Positions 10,353 to 21,028 of a stretch of 64,000 nt of DNA are shown piece by piece; the stretch's first letter is position 1; the number at the start of each line of letters is the position of its first letter. The notes below the pieces were generated by a model, which saw nothing but the letters and a program-made list of their open reading frames with translations, searched no databases and was not told the origin of the DNA. The position numbers and the translations under genes were made by a program. Origin of the DNA: Candidatus Marinacidobacterales bacterium (GTDB lineage: Bacteria; Acidobacteriota; Vicinamibacteria; Marinacidobacterales; SMYC01). The stretch spans positions 1,504,001-1,568,000 of the forward strand of contig CBDCYI010000005.1 of the NCBI GenBank assembly GCA_965224085.1. Reading direction: 5' to 3'.

Positions 10353-10729
10353 CTAGCACGGAAAACCCGCAAGCTTGATGTTCTCGGGCTTCAAATCCCG
10401 ATGAACAATCCCCGCCTGATGGGCTTTCGCCAATCCCTCCGTTATCTGGGTCGCGTAGCGGTCGTACAAGGCGGGCGTGATGAGTGGTGGGACGAATCCC
10501 GCGCCGCCCCCCTCGATGTGGTGAGTGCCGGGCGGGTTCCCTGCTATCACTGCTGATTCTGCGGGTTCAACGATCGTGCGAATCAGGTCGGGCCAGACTT
10601 TGGTCAGCGCCTGTGTCGTGCCGACGAAAGCACCGCCCACGTACATGCATACGCCGTGAATCTCACCGTCGAGCTGCGTCGCTATCTCCTCACCGATCCC
10701 ACGATATGGTACTTTCGACTGACACTCCC
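10353..10729 (-). pseudogene. Chimeric remnant: cysteine synthase-like fragment fused to a Ser/Thr kinase fragment
   Basis: GEEIATQLDG..VEPAESAVI..PGTHHIEGGGAGFVP (CysK-like), then QITEGLAKAHQAGIVHRDLKPENI (Hanks kinase); abuts the IS left end. Confidence 0.75.
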
Positions 10730-11816
10730 GGCGTTGTTGCACCGCTCTTGGCTGAGCGCGAAATCTACCTATGGTGGTGGCCGAGGTAATGTTCGACCAT
10801 GAAGTATCCCAAGCGCAGCCAGTACAAACACGCGAAGCAGAAGAAGTACCACGTTTCCAACTGGGCGGAATACAACGAAGGGCTGCGCCGCCGGGGCGAT
10901 TTGACGGTCTGGTTTGACGAGGAGGCAATCGCGAACTGGAAGGCCGACAAGAGCGGTAAGCCTGGCGGTCAACGGGTCTATTCAGAGATGGCGATTGAAA
11001 CGGGCCTGGTTGTCCGGATGGTGTACAAGCTTGCCTACCGCCAAACCGAAGGCTTCTTGCACTCGATCGCCTCGCTTCTCCGACTGTGTATCGAGATCCC
11101 GGACTACTCGACGTTGTGTCGGCGGTCGAGGCTGCTCCGCAAGAAGCTGCGGATTGGGAAAGCCGCAAGCAATCAACCAATCCACCTGATGATCGATAGC
11201 ACGGGCTTGAGGATTCATGTTGGAACCACCCGCAAACCGCCAAAGCAGCGCGCCTGGCGCAAGTTGCACATCGCCGTTGATCGCAAGACCGGCAACATTG
11301 TTGCGTCCGAACTGACGGCGTCACGAGCTCGCGACGCAACGCGAGTCCCCCCTTTGCTAACACAGATTCAAGCACCTATAGCGTCGGTGGCGGCGGACAG
11401 TGCATACGACAAGGAAGCGGTCTACGAAGCCATCGAAGCGCACAGCCCTGGACGAAGGACGCGCGTGGTGATTCCGCCGCAACGAAACGCCACGCTCAGT
11501 CAGAATTCGAACACCGCCATGCGGGAACGCGACCGCCATATTCGTGCCATCGAAAGACACGGCCGACGTGAATGGTACAAGCTCTCAGGCTGCACCGAGC
11601 GAAGCATGGTGGAGAACGCGGTCTATCGTTACAAGGCGATCATGAGGCCCGAGATGCGGGCTCGAACGTTGGCGAGGCAACGAGTTGAACACCGAATTGG
11701 GTGCGAGATACTCAACAAGATGACCGCGCTCGGTATGCCCGATACTTACTGCGCCGGGTGACTCTCCGACCGGCACAGGGAGGTCAGCGATTTGCTCCGG
11801 GCCGTGCAACAACGCC
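10730..11816 (+). mobile_element. IS5-family (IS903-like) insertion sequence, 1087 bp
   Basis: 13-bp perfect TIRs GGCGTTGTTGCAC (10730-10742) / GTGCAACAACGCC (11804-11816); no target duplication seen. Confidence 0.9.
10799..11761 (+). CDS. IS5-family transposase, intact
   Basis: NWAEYNEGLRRRGDLTVW, IDSTGL, WRKLH, ADSAYD, RSMVE. Confidence 0.93.
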   Translation: MKYPKRSQYKHAKQKKYHVSNWAEYNEGLRRRGDLTVWFDEEAIANWKADKSGKPGGQRVYSEMAIETGLVVRMVYKLAYRQTEGFLHSIASLLRLCIEIPDYSTLCRRSRLLRKKLRIGKAASNQPIHLMIDSTGLRIHVGTTRKPPKQRAWRKLHIAVDRKTGNIVASELTASRARDATRVPPLLTQIQAPIASVAADSAYDKEAVYEAIEAHSPGRRTRVVIPPQRNATLSQNSNTAMRERDRHIRAIERHGRREWYKLSGCTERSMVENAVYRYKAIMRPEMRARTLARQRVEHRIGCEILNKMTALGMPDTYCAG

Positions 11817-11929
11817 AGTCTTTTATAAACAATATGATGAGAGAGCGCACCCCGTACCACCTGCTGTCCCAGCCAGACAAGACGCCAGAGTATAAACCAG
11901 ACCCGACGACGTCCCTAGTCCAGAACCTA

Positions 11930-11963
11930 AATACTTGACAAAAGTGTCAGGTATTGAAAAAAT
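11930..11963 (+). promoter_or_regulatory. Rrf2-type operator palindrome overlapping a -35 box
   Basis: AATACTTGACA-AAAG-TGTCAGGTATT (11930-11955) resembles IscR-type sites; TTGACA-17 bp-AAAAAT ends 7 nt before ATG 11971. Confidence 0.7.
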
Positions 11964-11970
11964 AGAGTCG

Positions 11971-12462
11971 ATGAAGATCACTGCGCAAGAAGAGTACGGT
12001 CTCAGGTGCCTCCTCCAATTGGCCCGCCACGCTGACAGAGCACGCCCCACCACTGTACGGGAGGTCGCAACGAGTGAAGGCCTTTCGATCGCTTACGCGG
12101 AGAAGCTCTTGTACCAATTATCCAAAGCCGGCCTGGTAGAGTCGGTGCGCGGTGTCCGTGGCGGTTTTCGTTTCAAGGGCCGTCCGGATGAAGTCTCCGT
12201 AGGCGATGCGGTGCGAGCGCTTGGCAGCTTTCTCACCCATGCCGCCATCTGCCAGCGCTATACGGGCGAAGAAAGCCAATGTGTCCACAACAAGAACTGT
12301 GGATTGCGGCCGGTCTGGACCACGGTGAACTACCACATCCAAAAACTTCTGGACAACATGCCCCTTGCACTCCTTTTGCAAGACGAACGGCAAGGGCGCC
12401 AGGCGATCGTGGAGATGGCGTCGTTTCCGTTCACACCCGAATCAGCAGGCGGTGTCGTATGA
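11971..12462 (+). CDS. Rrf2-family Fe-S-binding transcriptional regulator
   Basis: MKITAQEEYGLRCLLQLA, LVESVRGVRGGF; three C-terminal Cys (CQRYTGEESQCVHNKNC). Confidence 0.92.
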   Translation: MKITAQEEYGLRCLLQLARHADRARPTTVREVATSEGLSIAYAEKLLYQLSKAGLVESVRGVRGGFRFKGRPDEVSVGDAVRALGSFLTHAAICQRYTGEESQCVHNKNCGLRPVWTTVNYHIQKLLDNMPLALLLQDERQGRQAIVEMASFPFTPESAGGVV

Positions 12463-13553
12463 AAACGGACGTCGATTTCGAATTTCTCTCGCCACCGGTA
12501 TACAAGGTCGAGTCGAGTAGCCTCCAGTTTCAAGAACAGAGTGATCTCGGCTATTTCATGAAGATGGCCGGCCGTGGCAAGCTCCTGAACGCCGAGTCAG
12601 AGCGTGAGCTCGGCAAGCGTCTATGGATCGCGCGCCGGCGCCTCCTGCGGATTCTCAGGGCATCACGCAGCGAGGACCTTCGCGCCAACGTATTCGAGGT
12701 TCTCCCGTCGAAAAGAGCGGTCACGGCGTCGACCCGCCGCCGGTTGGCGAAAGTCGAGCGCTGTGCACGGGACGTCGCGCTGACATCAAGCTGTCTCCGC
12801 GACGCGCTCTCCGAAACGCTCGCGGAGATGGACGACATCCGGCGCATTTTCGTCGAGTGCAACTTGAGGCTCGTCGTGTGGGTCGCCAAACGATTTCGAG
12901 GCCGCGGCTTCGACTTCATCGACTTGATTCAAGAAGGGAGCCTCGGCTTGATGCGAGCGGTCGATCGTTTCGACCCCGCTGTGGGGGCTCGTTTTTCGAC
13001 TTTCGCGACCCATTGGATCCAGCAAGGGATTCGCCGTGCGCTCGCCGAAAAAGCGCGCATGATCCGTATCCCGGTGAACCGCATACCGGAGGTGCGCCAG
13101 ACGCTCCTCGCACGGGCCAAGATCGCCCAGAAGCTGGGACGCCCCGCCCTTCCTGAGGAAATCGCGGACGCCATCGGCCTTCCTAAACACAAAGTCGAAG
13201 AGCTGCTGCCAGCCATCGCCCCCATCGCTTCGATCGATTCGCCATTGTCAGCCTCTGAGTTGAAGATCGGCGACACCATCGAAGATCGGAAAACACCCAC
13301 ACCTCTGGACAAAGCGATGGAGGATGAGACCCGCCGCGCCATCGCAGCCGTCCTCGACGCGCTCCCTCCACGTCAACGCGTCATCCTATCGATGCGCCAC
13401 GGCATCGGCTATCCAAAAGAGTGCACTCTCGAAGAAATCGGAGACGCGCTAGGCCTATCCCGCGAACGCATCCGCCAGGTAGAAAAAGTCGCCTGCGCCT
13501 CCGTTCGAGAACGCCTCCAAAAAGATCGGCCCAAACTCGCGGCTCCCGTCTAA
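12459..13553 (+). CDS. Sigma-70 family (RpoD/RpoS-like, no region 1.1) sigma factor
   Basis: NLRLVVWVAKRF, DLIQEGSLGLMRAVDRFD, FSTFATHWIQQGI, TLEEIG..LSRERIRQVE; ATGA overlap with the Rrf2 gene. Confidence 0.92.
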   Translation: MKTDVDFEFLSPPVYKVESSSLQFQEQSDLGYFMKMAGRGKLLNAESERELGKRLWIARRRLLRILRASRSEDLRANVFEVLPSKRAVTASTRRRLAKVERCARDVALTSSCLRDALSETLAEMDDIRRIFVECNLRLVVWVAKRFRGRGFDFIDLIQEGSLGLMRAVDRFDPAVGARFSTFATHWIQQGIRRALAEKARMIRIPVNRIPEVRQTLLARAKIAQKLGRPALPEEIADAIGLPKHKVEELLPAIAPIASIDSPLSASELKIGDTIEDRKTPTPLDKAMEDETRRAIAAVLDALPPRQRVILSMRHGIGYPKECTLEEIGDALGLSRERIRQVEKVACASVRERLQKDRPKLAAPV

Positions 13554-13650
13554 GTCGATGTGCAAGAAAACGGAGATGTGGAGGTAAGCTAGACATCCCG
13601 TTATCCCCCTCCTTTCCTTACACTTCCCTTTGACGATTTTTGAGAGAGCA

Positions 13651-14553
13651 CTAGTCTCGGAGCGCTTTTCCCGTCAGCTGTAGAAAGACGTCGCCTAGGT
13701 TGGGGCGATGGATCTTTAGCTCTTGGACTTCGTTGCCCTCGGATGCTACGCGCGCGAGTAGGTCTGGGAGGGAGCGCATGGCGGCTTTTCCGGTGAGCGA
13801 ATAGGTTCGCGCGTTTTGAGGGTGCGCGCCGAGTGCCCTCAGGCGACGTGCGAGCGTCTCGTTCGGCGGGCGTTCGAGCTGGAGCTCGAGGCTTCGCTCG
13901 AGGGAGGAGTGCGCGACGAGGTCTTCGACCGAGCCTTTCGCGATCAGGCAGCCTTCATCCAAGATCACGAGGCGGTCGCACAAACGCTCGGCTTCGTCCA
14001 TATAGTGGGTCGTGAGTAGTATCGCCATGCCTTCGGCGGCCAAGGCTGATAACGAATCGTAAATCCGCTCGCGCGACTGTGGGTCGACTCCGACCGTCGG
14101 CTCGTCGAGGAGCAGCACCTCGGGGGTGTGCACCACGCCGCATGCGAGGTTGAGGCGTCGTTTCATTCCGCCTGAGAACTCGCTGACGGGTTGTTGAGCT
14201 CTTATTGAAAGCCCTGAAAACTCGAGCAAGTGGTTGCGGCGAGCACGCGCATGGCTCTTAGACAAGCCGTAAAGACGTCCGAAGAAATCGAGGTTCTCCT
14301 CGGCGGTCAGAGACGGGTAGAGTGCTACGCGCTGCGGGACGAGACCGAGCGCCCCCGCGCATTGCACGGTGCCGCTAGACGGCGCGAGAATGCCGGCGAT
14401 CATCCCGATCGTCGTCGTCTTACCCGCCCCGTTCGGCCCGAGGAGGCCAAAGACTTCACCGCGCCTCAGCGAAAAGGAGACGGACCGCACCGCCTCGCGC
14501 TCGCCGTAGTTCTTAGAGAGCGCCTGCACCTCGAGAACGGGTTCGGCTTTCAT
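13651..14553 (-). CDS. ABC-2/DrrA-type transporter ATP-binding protein
   Basis: [32 protein letters not shown]-terminal [15 protein letters not shown]. Confidence 0.92.
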   Translation of the reverse strand: MKAEPVLEVQALSKNYGEREAVRSVSFSLRRGEVFGLLGPNGAGKTTTIGMIAGILAPSSGTVQCAGALGLVPQRVALYPSLTAEENLDFFGRLYGLSKSHARARRNHLLEFSGLSIRAQQPVSEFSGGMKRRLNLACGVVHTPEVLLLDEPTVGVDPQSRERIYDSLSALAAEGMAILLTTHYMDEAERLCDRLVILDEGCLIAKGSVEDLVAHSSLERSLELQLERPPNETLARRLRALGAHPQNARTYSLTGKAAMRSLPDLLARVASEGNEVQELKIHRPNLGDVFLQLTGKALRD

Positions 14554-14563
14554 CGAGCCGATT

Positions 14564-16576
14564 CTACAAAAGACGCTTCACGGTCCCGGCGACGCTACCC
14601 GCGGTCAAGCCCAGCTTCTCGAACACGGTGTTTCCCGGCGCAGAGGCGCCGAAACGATCGATGCCGATCGCCCGGCCCATCTCGCCCAAGTAGCGCTCCC
14701 AACCAAGCGTAACGCCGGCTTCGACCGAGACGCGGGCTTTGACAGCTTGGGGTAGCACGCTCTCGCGATATTCGTGCGTCTCCGCCTCGAAGAGCTCCCA
14801 GCAGGGCATCGAGACCACTCGGGCGCGAACGCCGCTCTGGCTCAGAAGATCGCGCGCGGCGAGCGCAAGCGTGACTTCCGATCCGGTCGCAATGAGGATG
14901 GCTTCCGGCAAGCTTTCGCCTTCGGCGTCGGCCAGGACGTAAGCCCCACGGCGCGTACCCGCGGCGCTACCGTTCCCTTCCCGATCGAACGTGGCAATCT
15001 TTTGACGTGTCAGGACGAGCGCGGTGGGACCCTCGGTCCTCTCGATCGCGACGCGCCACGCCTCCGCCGTTTCGTTGGCATCCGCCGGACGCAGCACATG
15101 GAGATTCGGCACGACGCGAAGCGCCATGAGGTGCTCGACCGGTTGGTGGGTCGGCCCGTCTTCTCCGACGCCTACCGAATCATGCGTCCACACGTAAATT
15201 GCCGGCAATTTGCTCAGCGCTGCGAGACGAATGGATGGCCGCATGTAGTCGGAGAACACGAAAAACGTCGATGCATAGGCGCGCACACCGCCGTGATAGG
15301 CCATGCCGTTGACGAGGCTTCCCATCGCGTGCTCGCGGACGCCGAAATGAACGTTCCGGCCCTCGCCCGTCTGTCCGTTGAAGGAGCCCATATCTGTGAG
15401 CGCCGTCTTGGTCGACGAGGAGAGATCCGCGTCGCCGCCCACTAGCTCGGGCACGGTCGACGCGATCGCGTTCAAGACTTTCCCCGAGCTTTCCCGCGTG
15501 GCCAGTTTCTCGCCTGCGTCGAAGCTCGGAAGCGCTTTATTCCAACCGGCGGGTAGCTCATTACGGTGCCGCCGTTCCCATTCCGCGGCCAGCTCCGGAT
15601 AGGCCTCGCGGTAGTGCGCGAAGCGCTTCCGCCAATCGGCTTCGACGGCCTCGCCTCGTTCGAAGGCTTGTTTGAACTGCGCCTTGGCTTCGTCGGGAAC
15701 GTAGAACTCGTGCTTCGGATCCCAACCGAAACCCTCCTTCGTGAGCGCGACTTCTTCGGCGCCGAGCGGCGCGCCATGCGCGGAGGACGAGCCTTGCTTG
15801 TTCGGCGAGCCATAGCCGATCGTCGTGTACACGATGATGAGCGATGGTTGCGCAGTTTCCGCTTTAGCCTCTCGAATCGCCGTGTCGATAGACTCGAGAT
15901 CATGATCGCCGTCTCGAACGCGTTGCACGTGCCATCCATAGGCCTCGTAGCGACGCTCCACGTCCTCGGTCGAGAACGTGAGCGAGGCGGGGCCATCGAG
16001 AGTCACGTCATTGGCATCGTACAAGTAGAGTAGCTTCCCAAGCCGAAACTGTCCCGCGATGGAAGCCGCTTCGCCCGAGATCCCTTCCATCAGATCGCCA
16101 TCGGAGACCAGTGCATAGGTGTAGTGGTCGACGACGGAATGGTCCGGGCGGTTGAAACGATGATGAAGCATCCGCTCCGCCATCGCCATTCCCACGGCGT
16201 TGGCGGTACCCTGGCCGAGCGGCCCGGTCGTTGCTTCGACTCCCGGTGTCTCGTTCGATTCGGGGTGTCCGGGCGTCCGGCTGCCCCACTGGCGGAAGGC
16301 GAGAAGATCGTCCATCGTGACGTCATATCCGCTCAAATGCAGCAGCGCATAGAGCAACATCGAACCATGGCCCGCCGAGAGAACGAAGCGATCGCGATCC
16401 GGCCAGTCAGGGTTATTGGGATTGTGGCGAAGGTGGTTTTGCCACAAAACGTAGGCCATCGGCGCCGCACCCATCGGAAGCCCCGGATGGCCCGAGTTTG
16501 CCTTTTGAACCGCATCGATGGCCAGGGTGCGGATGGTGTTGACGCACAGCTGGTCAAGCGAGATGGCGGTGCTCAT
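14564..16576 (-). CDS. tkt: Transketolase
   Basis: [49 protein letters not shown]; GGAGG RBS. Confidence 0.97.
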   Translation of the reverse strand: MSTAISLDQLCVNTIRTLAIDAVQKANSGHPGLPMGAAPMAYVLWQNHLRHNPNNPDWPDRDRFVLSAGHGSMLLYALLHLSGYDVTMDDLLAFRQWGSRTPGHPESNETPGVEATTGPLGQGTANAVGMAMAERMLHHRFNRPDHSVVDHYTYALVSDGDLMEGISGEAASIAGQFRLGKLLYLYDANDVTLDGPASLTFSTEDVERRYEAYGWHVQRVRDGDHDLESIDTAIREAKAETAQPSLIIVYTTIGYGSPNKQGSSSAHGAPLGAEEVALTKEGFGWDPKHEFYVPDEAKAQFKQAFERGEAVEADWRKRFAHYREAYPELAAEWERRHRNELPAGWNKALPSFDAGEKLATRESSGKVLNAIASTVPELVGGDADLSSSTKTALTDMGSFNGQTGEGRNVHFGVREHAMGSLVNGMAYHGGVRAYASTFFVFSDYMRPSIRLAALSKLPAIYVWTHDSVGVGEDGPTHQPVEHLMALRVVPNLHVLRPADANETAEAWRVAIERTEGPTALVLTRQKIATFDREGNGSAAGTRRGAYVLADAEGESLPEAILIATGSEVTLALAARDLLSQSGVRARVVSMPCWELFEAETHEYRESVLPQAVKARVSVEAGVTLGWERYLGEMGRAIGIDRFGASAPGNTVFEKLGLTAGSVAGTVKRLL

Positions 16577-16822
16577 AATCTCCCTCCTCCAAACGCGATT
16601 TCGCCATCGGCTCCCTGCCAAATCGTCATAGCGACGCGACCCCTCGTTCTGAATCTACAGTTTGTGAACCTCAAAAGAAGCGGGAGAATATCAAGACCGG
16701 GGCGCTGGCACAACCCAAGGCTAATCACATATTCAGCAACCATTTACAGCTATTCACCGAAAAACTGCAATTAGTTAAGTTTTTCACAGTCTACGGGAAG
16801 CAAAGGCCGCTACCGTGCCTGT

Positions 16823-17536
16823 ATGGCGACGCTACTCCGATCTACCGAGGATGACTCTACAGTTTCTCCGCACGAACGACGTTCCAGCCACCCGCAGACG
16901 TACAGAGAGATTCCGATCCTTTGTGACCTGTCGGACGCTGAGCTCGACGAGCTCGTCGCATCGAGCAGACCTCACCACGTCGAGCGGCATCAAGTCGTGT
17001 ATTGCGCCAGCGAGCGATTGAGCGAGCTCTATGTCGTTCAGCACGGGAGCTTCAAGCTTATCCGCCACTCCGAGGAAGGCAAAGAGCTCATCGTCGCGCT
17101 CGTCGGGGCTTCAAAGTCCTTCGGCGCCTATGCGGAACCGGCCGATTCGCTCACAATGGCACAAGCTCTGGAACCATCGGCGTTTCTCGCCATCCCGACG
17201 ACGGTCATCCGGCGTACGATCTCCCGGAATCCGGATTTCGCGGTTCGGCTGCTCGCCCATGCGCTCGACCGGCAGCGGGAGGCGGAAACAGCTGCGGCGC
17301 GGCTGGCCTTGGAGACCGTCCCCGCACGACTCGCGCACTTTCTTCTCGATCTTTCGGACGCGAGGTCCGGAGCCATGTCGTTTCCTTTGAACCAGACCGA
17401 AATCGCCAATCTCATCGGAAGTAGCCGCGAAACGGTATGCTCGATTTTGAACCAGTTTCGTCGCGGAGGATGGCTCGAGAACGAGCGTGGCCGCATCCGA
17501 GTCATCGATCGAACGGGTCTCGGAGCGGCGTGCTAA
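16823..17536 (+). CDS. Crp/Fnr-family transcriptional regulator
   Basis: cNMP-binding-like domain and HTH LNQTEIANLIGSSRETV. Confidence 0.9.
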   Translation: MATLLRSTEDDSTVSPHERRSSHPQTYREIPILCDLSDAELDELVASSRPHHVERHQVVYCASERLSELYVVQHGSFKLIRHSEEGKELIVALVGASKSFGAYAEPADSLTMAQALEPSAFLAIPTTVIRRTISRNPDFAVRLLAHALDRQREAETAAARLALETVPARLAHFLLDLSDARSGAMSFPLNQTEIANLIGSSRETVCSILNQFRRGGWLENERGRIRVIDRTGLGAAC

Positions 17537-17629
17537 TGGTGCGATCGGCAAGGGTGGGCATATCCCCACGGTCTCGAGCTCCACAAGAAAATCGCTAAAG
17601 GTTCCGCACTCGTCGGCCGATAACCCGGT

Positions 17630-19837
17630 GTGGACCGCCCGCTAACCATACGCACCCAAACTTCGGAGCCCAGTGCCGAGCTCGAGCACGAAGAGCTGAT
17701 AGGACAGACCCGGACCGCGGAGCACGCCGATCGACGTATCCTTTATGTAGACGATGAAGCGTCCGCTCGGGAGGCCTTCGCCGACGCGGCGAGATCCTTC
17801 GGCTATAGCGTGGACACCGCGCAGAGTGGTGGAGACGCGCTCACGATGGCCAGCCAGAGACACTACGAAGTCATCGCCGCCGATTTGCGCATGCCTACCT
17901 TGAACGGGCTCGCGCTGATCCAGCTTTTGCGACCCAAGCGGCCGGACGCGAGCTACCTCATCGTCACGGGAGCGTCCCATCTCGAACTTCCCGAGCAAGC
18001 CAGCGGCGAGCCACTAGTGGACGAAGTCGTTTCCAAGCCATGGTCGCTCAGCGACCTCGCAAAAATTCTGAAACGCGCTGTCGATCGGTCGCACCATCGA
18101 CGAGCAGAAAGTTCGGGCCAAAAACGGAATCTTCCCATTCTCATCCTCGGAGAGAGCGCCGAAGGCGGGACCTTCGTGAGAAGGCTGCTCGCCGAGGCGT
18201 CGCCCGAGATCGACACTCACCTAGTCCACGACCTTTCTGAAGCCGTGGAAGCTTCGCAGCAGAGGGCCTTTCAGTTGATCGTCGTCGAGCTCGAGACCGC
18301 GGACCATAGCGGGCCCGAGACGATTTCCGGCCTTCGGCGCGCGTCGCCCGAGCTTCCTCTCATCGCGATTGGCAACTCCGACGACGATGGCATCGAACGA
18401 CAAGTGCTCGCGGCAGGTGCGTCGGACTGCATCGCCAAAAAGAAAATGGACGGCTACCATCTGCGGCGTTCTTTACGATTGGCGTCCGAGCGCAAAGGCC
18501 TCGAGGATCGCCTCGCCTATTTTGCCGAGCGGGATCCCGTGACCGGGCTAGCGAATCGCGCGGCGCTCCGCGATCAGCTTTCGCGTGCGATAGCACGTGT
18601 CCATCAACAGGACAGCCGGCTCGGCTTGTTGCTGCTCGATCTCGATCGCTTCAAAACCGTCAACGAGTCGCTGGGACACGACTTGGGCGACCGCCTGCTC
18701 CAAGTCGTTGCGGACCGCCTGCAGGAAAATCTCCGCGACGTGGATGTCGCCGCTCGTCTCGGCGGCGACGAGTTCGCCATCGTGCTCGAAGGAATTCGCA
18801 GCGAAGAGGAAGCGGTCGCGACCGCGCGACGTCTTCTCGAAGCCCTCACCCCGCCCGCGCGCCTTCAAGGCTACGAGATTGCTTGCACCGGAAGCATCGG
18901 GATCGCGATCTATCCCGATCACAGCGAGACGGGCGGTGAGCTCTTGCAACATGCCGATCGCGCCATGTACCGCGCGAAAAAGAATGGCCGCGACGGCTAT
19001 CAACTCTATAGCGACAAGGATGGAGAATCCCGATCTGGCGTTCTCGAGCGTCTCCAATTCGAAAGCTCCATCCGGCACGCACTCGAACACGACCAATATG
19101 TCGTGTACTTCCAGCCGCAGATTACGCTCGACCGCAAACGGCTCGTGGGGATGGAAGCTCTCGTGCGGTGGCAGCATCCCGAGCTCGGGCTCGTACCGCC
19201 GGGGCGCTTCATGCCTTTTCTGGAAAGCTCGGGCCTCATCAAAGGCGTGGGAGAGTGGGTGCTGCGGACAGCCTGCCGGCAAGTCAAGCAATGGCAGGAC
19301 TACCTGTTTCCCGACCTGCGCATCTCGGTGAACCTCTCAGCGCGGCAATTCGAAGGCTCCGACCTCGTCGCTTCGGTGGAACGCGCGCTCGCCGAGTCCG
19401 GTCTTCCGCCCACACAACTCGAGCTCGAGATTACCGAGAGCTTGTTGATGAAGGATACCGAGCGTACACGCTCGACCCTCCTGGATCTCAAGGCCCTGGG
19501 CGTGCGTATCGCCATCGACGATTTCGGAACCGGGTATTCCTCTCTCGCCTACCTCACGACCTTTCCACTCGACTGCCTCAAGATCGATCGAAGCTTCGTA
19601 CACGACATCACGACGAATGAGGACGACCGCACCGTGGCCGACGCCATCATCGGTCTCGGCCACAGCTTGAGGCTCGATGTCATGGCAGAAGGAGTCGAGA
19701 CTGAGGAGCAGCTGGAATTGTTGAATGGCTGCGACGGTTTTCAAGGCTTCTTGGTAAGCCGGCCCGAGCCCTCCAAGACCGCAAGGGCGTTCCTCGAGCA
19801 ATACCGCAAGGCTGTGCCCGCGTCTAGACAGCCCTGA
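17630..19837 (+). CDS. REC-REC-GGDEF-EAL c-di-GMP signalling protein
   Basis: ILYVDDE..DLRMP..KPW receiver; second degenerate receiver; RDVD-x5-GGDEF; MEAL, IDDFGTGYSSL. Confidence 0.93.
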   Translation: MDRPLTIRTQTSEPSAELEHEELIGQTRTAEHADRRILYVDDEASAREAFADAARSFGYSVDTAQSGGDALTMASQRHYEVIAADLRMPTLNGLALIQLLRPKRPDASYLIVTGASHLELPEQASGEPLVDEVVSKPWSLSDLAKILKRAVDRSHHRRAESSGQKRNLPILILGESAEGGTFVRRLLAEASPEIDTHLVHDLSEAVEASQQRAFQLIVVELETADHSGPETISGLRRASPELPLIAIGNSDDDGIERQVLAAGASDCIAKKKMDGYHLRRSLRLASERKGLEDRLAYFAERDPVTGLANRAALRDQLSRAIARVHQQDSRLGLLLLDLDRFKTVNESLGHDLGDRLLQVVADRLQENLRDVDVAARLGGDEFAIVLEGIRSEEEAVATARRLLEALTPPARLQGYEIACTGSIGIAIYPDHSETGGELLQHADRAMYRAKKNGRDGYQLYSDKDGESRSGVLERLQFESSIRHALEHDQYVVYFQPQITLDRKRLVGMEALVRWQHPELGLVPPGRFMPFLESSGLIKGVGEWVLRTACRQVKQWQDYLFPDLRISVNLSARQFEGSDLVASVERALAESGLPPTQLELEITESLLMKDTERTRSTLLDLKALGVRIAIDDFGTGYSSLAYLTTFPLDCLKIDRSFVHDITTNEDDRTVADAIIGLGHSLRLDVMAEGVETEEQLELLNGCDGFQGFLVSRPEPSKTARAFLEQYRKAVPASRQP

Positions 19838-19905
19838 GCTCATCGAACGCGTTTCGGATTTCCCTTCCCAGGCAGGAGTGACGATGTCTATTCAGCGGCA
19901 CTGCA

Positions 19906-20358
19906 CTAGTATCCCGAGCTCTTTTGAAATACCATACGGTTGCCGCTCGGGAAGTGAATGGTCATCTTCTCCTCGCCCACTTCGGCCCGACACGGCTCCT
20001 CCGCCGCATCCTCCATTTGTTTGACACTCATCCGAAGCGGTGACGCCGCGATGGGTCCGATTTCATCCCCGGCGGACAAGTGATAGAAATGCGTGAAAGT
20101 CAAAGTGTCGCCCACGAGCGAATAGGTGCCGCCTTCACCAGATCCCCGCCGGGGATCACCGTTTTTATCCTCGACGAAGAAGAGCACGGTCCAATCGCTC
20201 TTGGTAAAGAAGATCAAGCCCGAGACGTCGAGCTCCGTCCCATCTTTGAGAACATATTGTTCAGGATGCCAAGCCCCGAAAATGTCGGCCGCGCCCGCTT
20301 CCCCTGATTCTATCGATACCAACAGGACGGCCGCGGCCAAGAGATTCGAGATGCGCAT
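19906..20358 (-). CDS. Secreted hypothetical protein, lipocalin-like
   Basis: Signal peptide, IFGAW, GGTYSLVGDTLT; GGAGG RBS. Confidence 0.65.
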   Translation of the reverse strand: MRISNLLAAAVLLVSIESGEAGAADIFGAWHPEQYVLKDGTELDVSGLIFFTKSDWTVLFFVEDKNGDPRRGSGEGGTYSLVGDTLTFTHFYHLSAGDEIGPIAASPLRMSVKQMEDAAEEPCRAEVGEEKMTIHFPSGNRMVFQKSSGY

Positions 20359-20419
20359 GGTTTCCTCCCGACGACGATTCTTGCATTCGGGGCACGCTCT
20401 TGACTACTGATACATGGGA

Positions 20420-20446
20420 GAGGAATGAGCGCGCACTGAGCACTAG
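20420..20446 (+). repeat. Copy of a short intergenic repeat
   Basis: GAGGAATGAGCGCGCACTGAGCAC is 23/24 identical to 47602-47625. Confidence 0.65.
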
Positions 20447-20467
20447 AATGTAAACTCGGAGGTCCTT

Positions 20468-20977
20468 ATGACGGTTGGTGAAGCTCTCATCCAGGAGTCC
20501 AAACGCCACTTGCTCGAAGAATCCTGGCCGAGGATCGACAAGTGCGTGGCCGCGCTGAGTGAGACCGAGCTCTGGCAGCGCGACAACGCTCATACGAACA
20601 GCGTCGGGAACTTGTTGCTTCATCTGTCGGGAAATGTCCGGCAGTGGATCGTCTCGGGTCTCGGTACCGCTGCCGACGAACGTGTGCGCTCGAGCGAGTT
20701 CGAAGAGCAAGGGCCAGTGCCGGCGGCGGAGCTTTTGACACGGCTCCAATCGACGCTTTCCGAGGCGGGTGCCGTGCTCGACCGCCTCGATCCCAACCAA
20801 CTGCTCGAGGCCCGAACCATCCAAGGTTTCGATACGACCGGCGTTCGCGCGCTCGTCCATGTCGTCGAGCATTTCTCCTACCATGTCGGTCAGATCACGC
20901 ACATGGTCAAAGCGATCAAAGATATCGATATGAAGTACTACGACGGTAAGAAACTCGACGCAAGGAATCGTCCGTAG
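20468..20977 (+). CDS. DinB-family protein
   Basis: NSVGNLLLHLSGNVRQWI, HVVEHFSYHVGQI. Confidence 0.88.
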   Translation: MTVGEALIQESKRHLLEESWPRIDKCVAALSETELWQRDNAHTNSVGNLLLHLSGNVRQWIVSGLGTAADERVRSSEFEEQGPVPAAELLTRLQSTLSEAGAVLDRLDPNQLLEARTIQGFDTTGVRALVHVVEHFSYHVGQITHMVKAIKDIDMKYYDGKKLDARNRP

Positions 20978-21028
20978 TTTTACATGCATCGGGCTACGGG
21001 GTACGATCGAGTTCTCTTCGAGCCTCGA

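Noticed and set aside
10353-11375. 340-aa minus-strand ORF as a real kinase gene
   Set aside because: Most of it is antisense to the transposase; only short CysK and kinase fragments are meaningful
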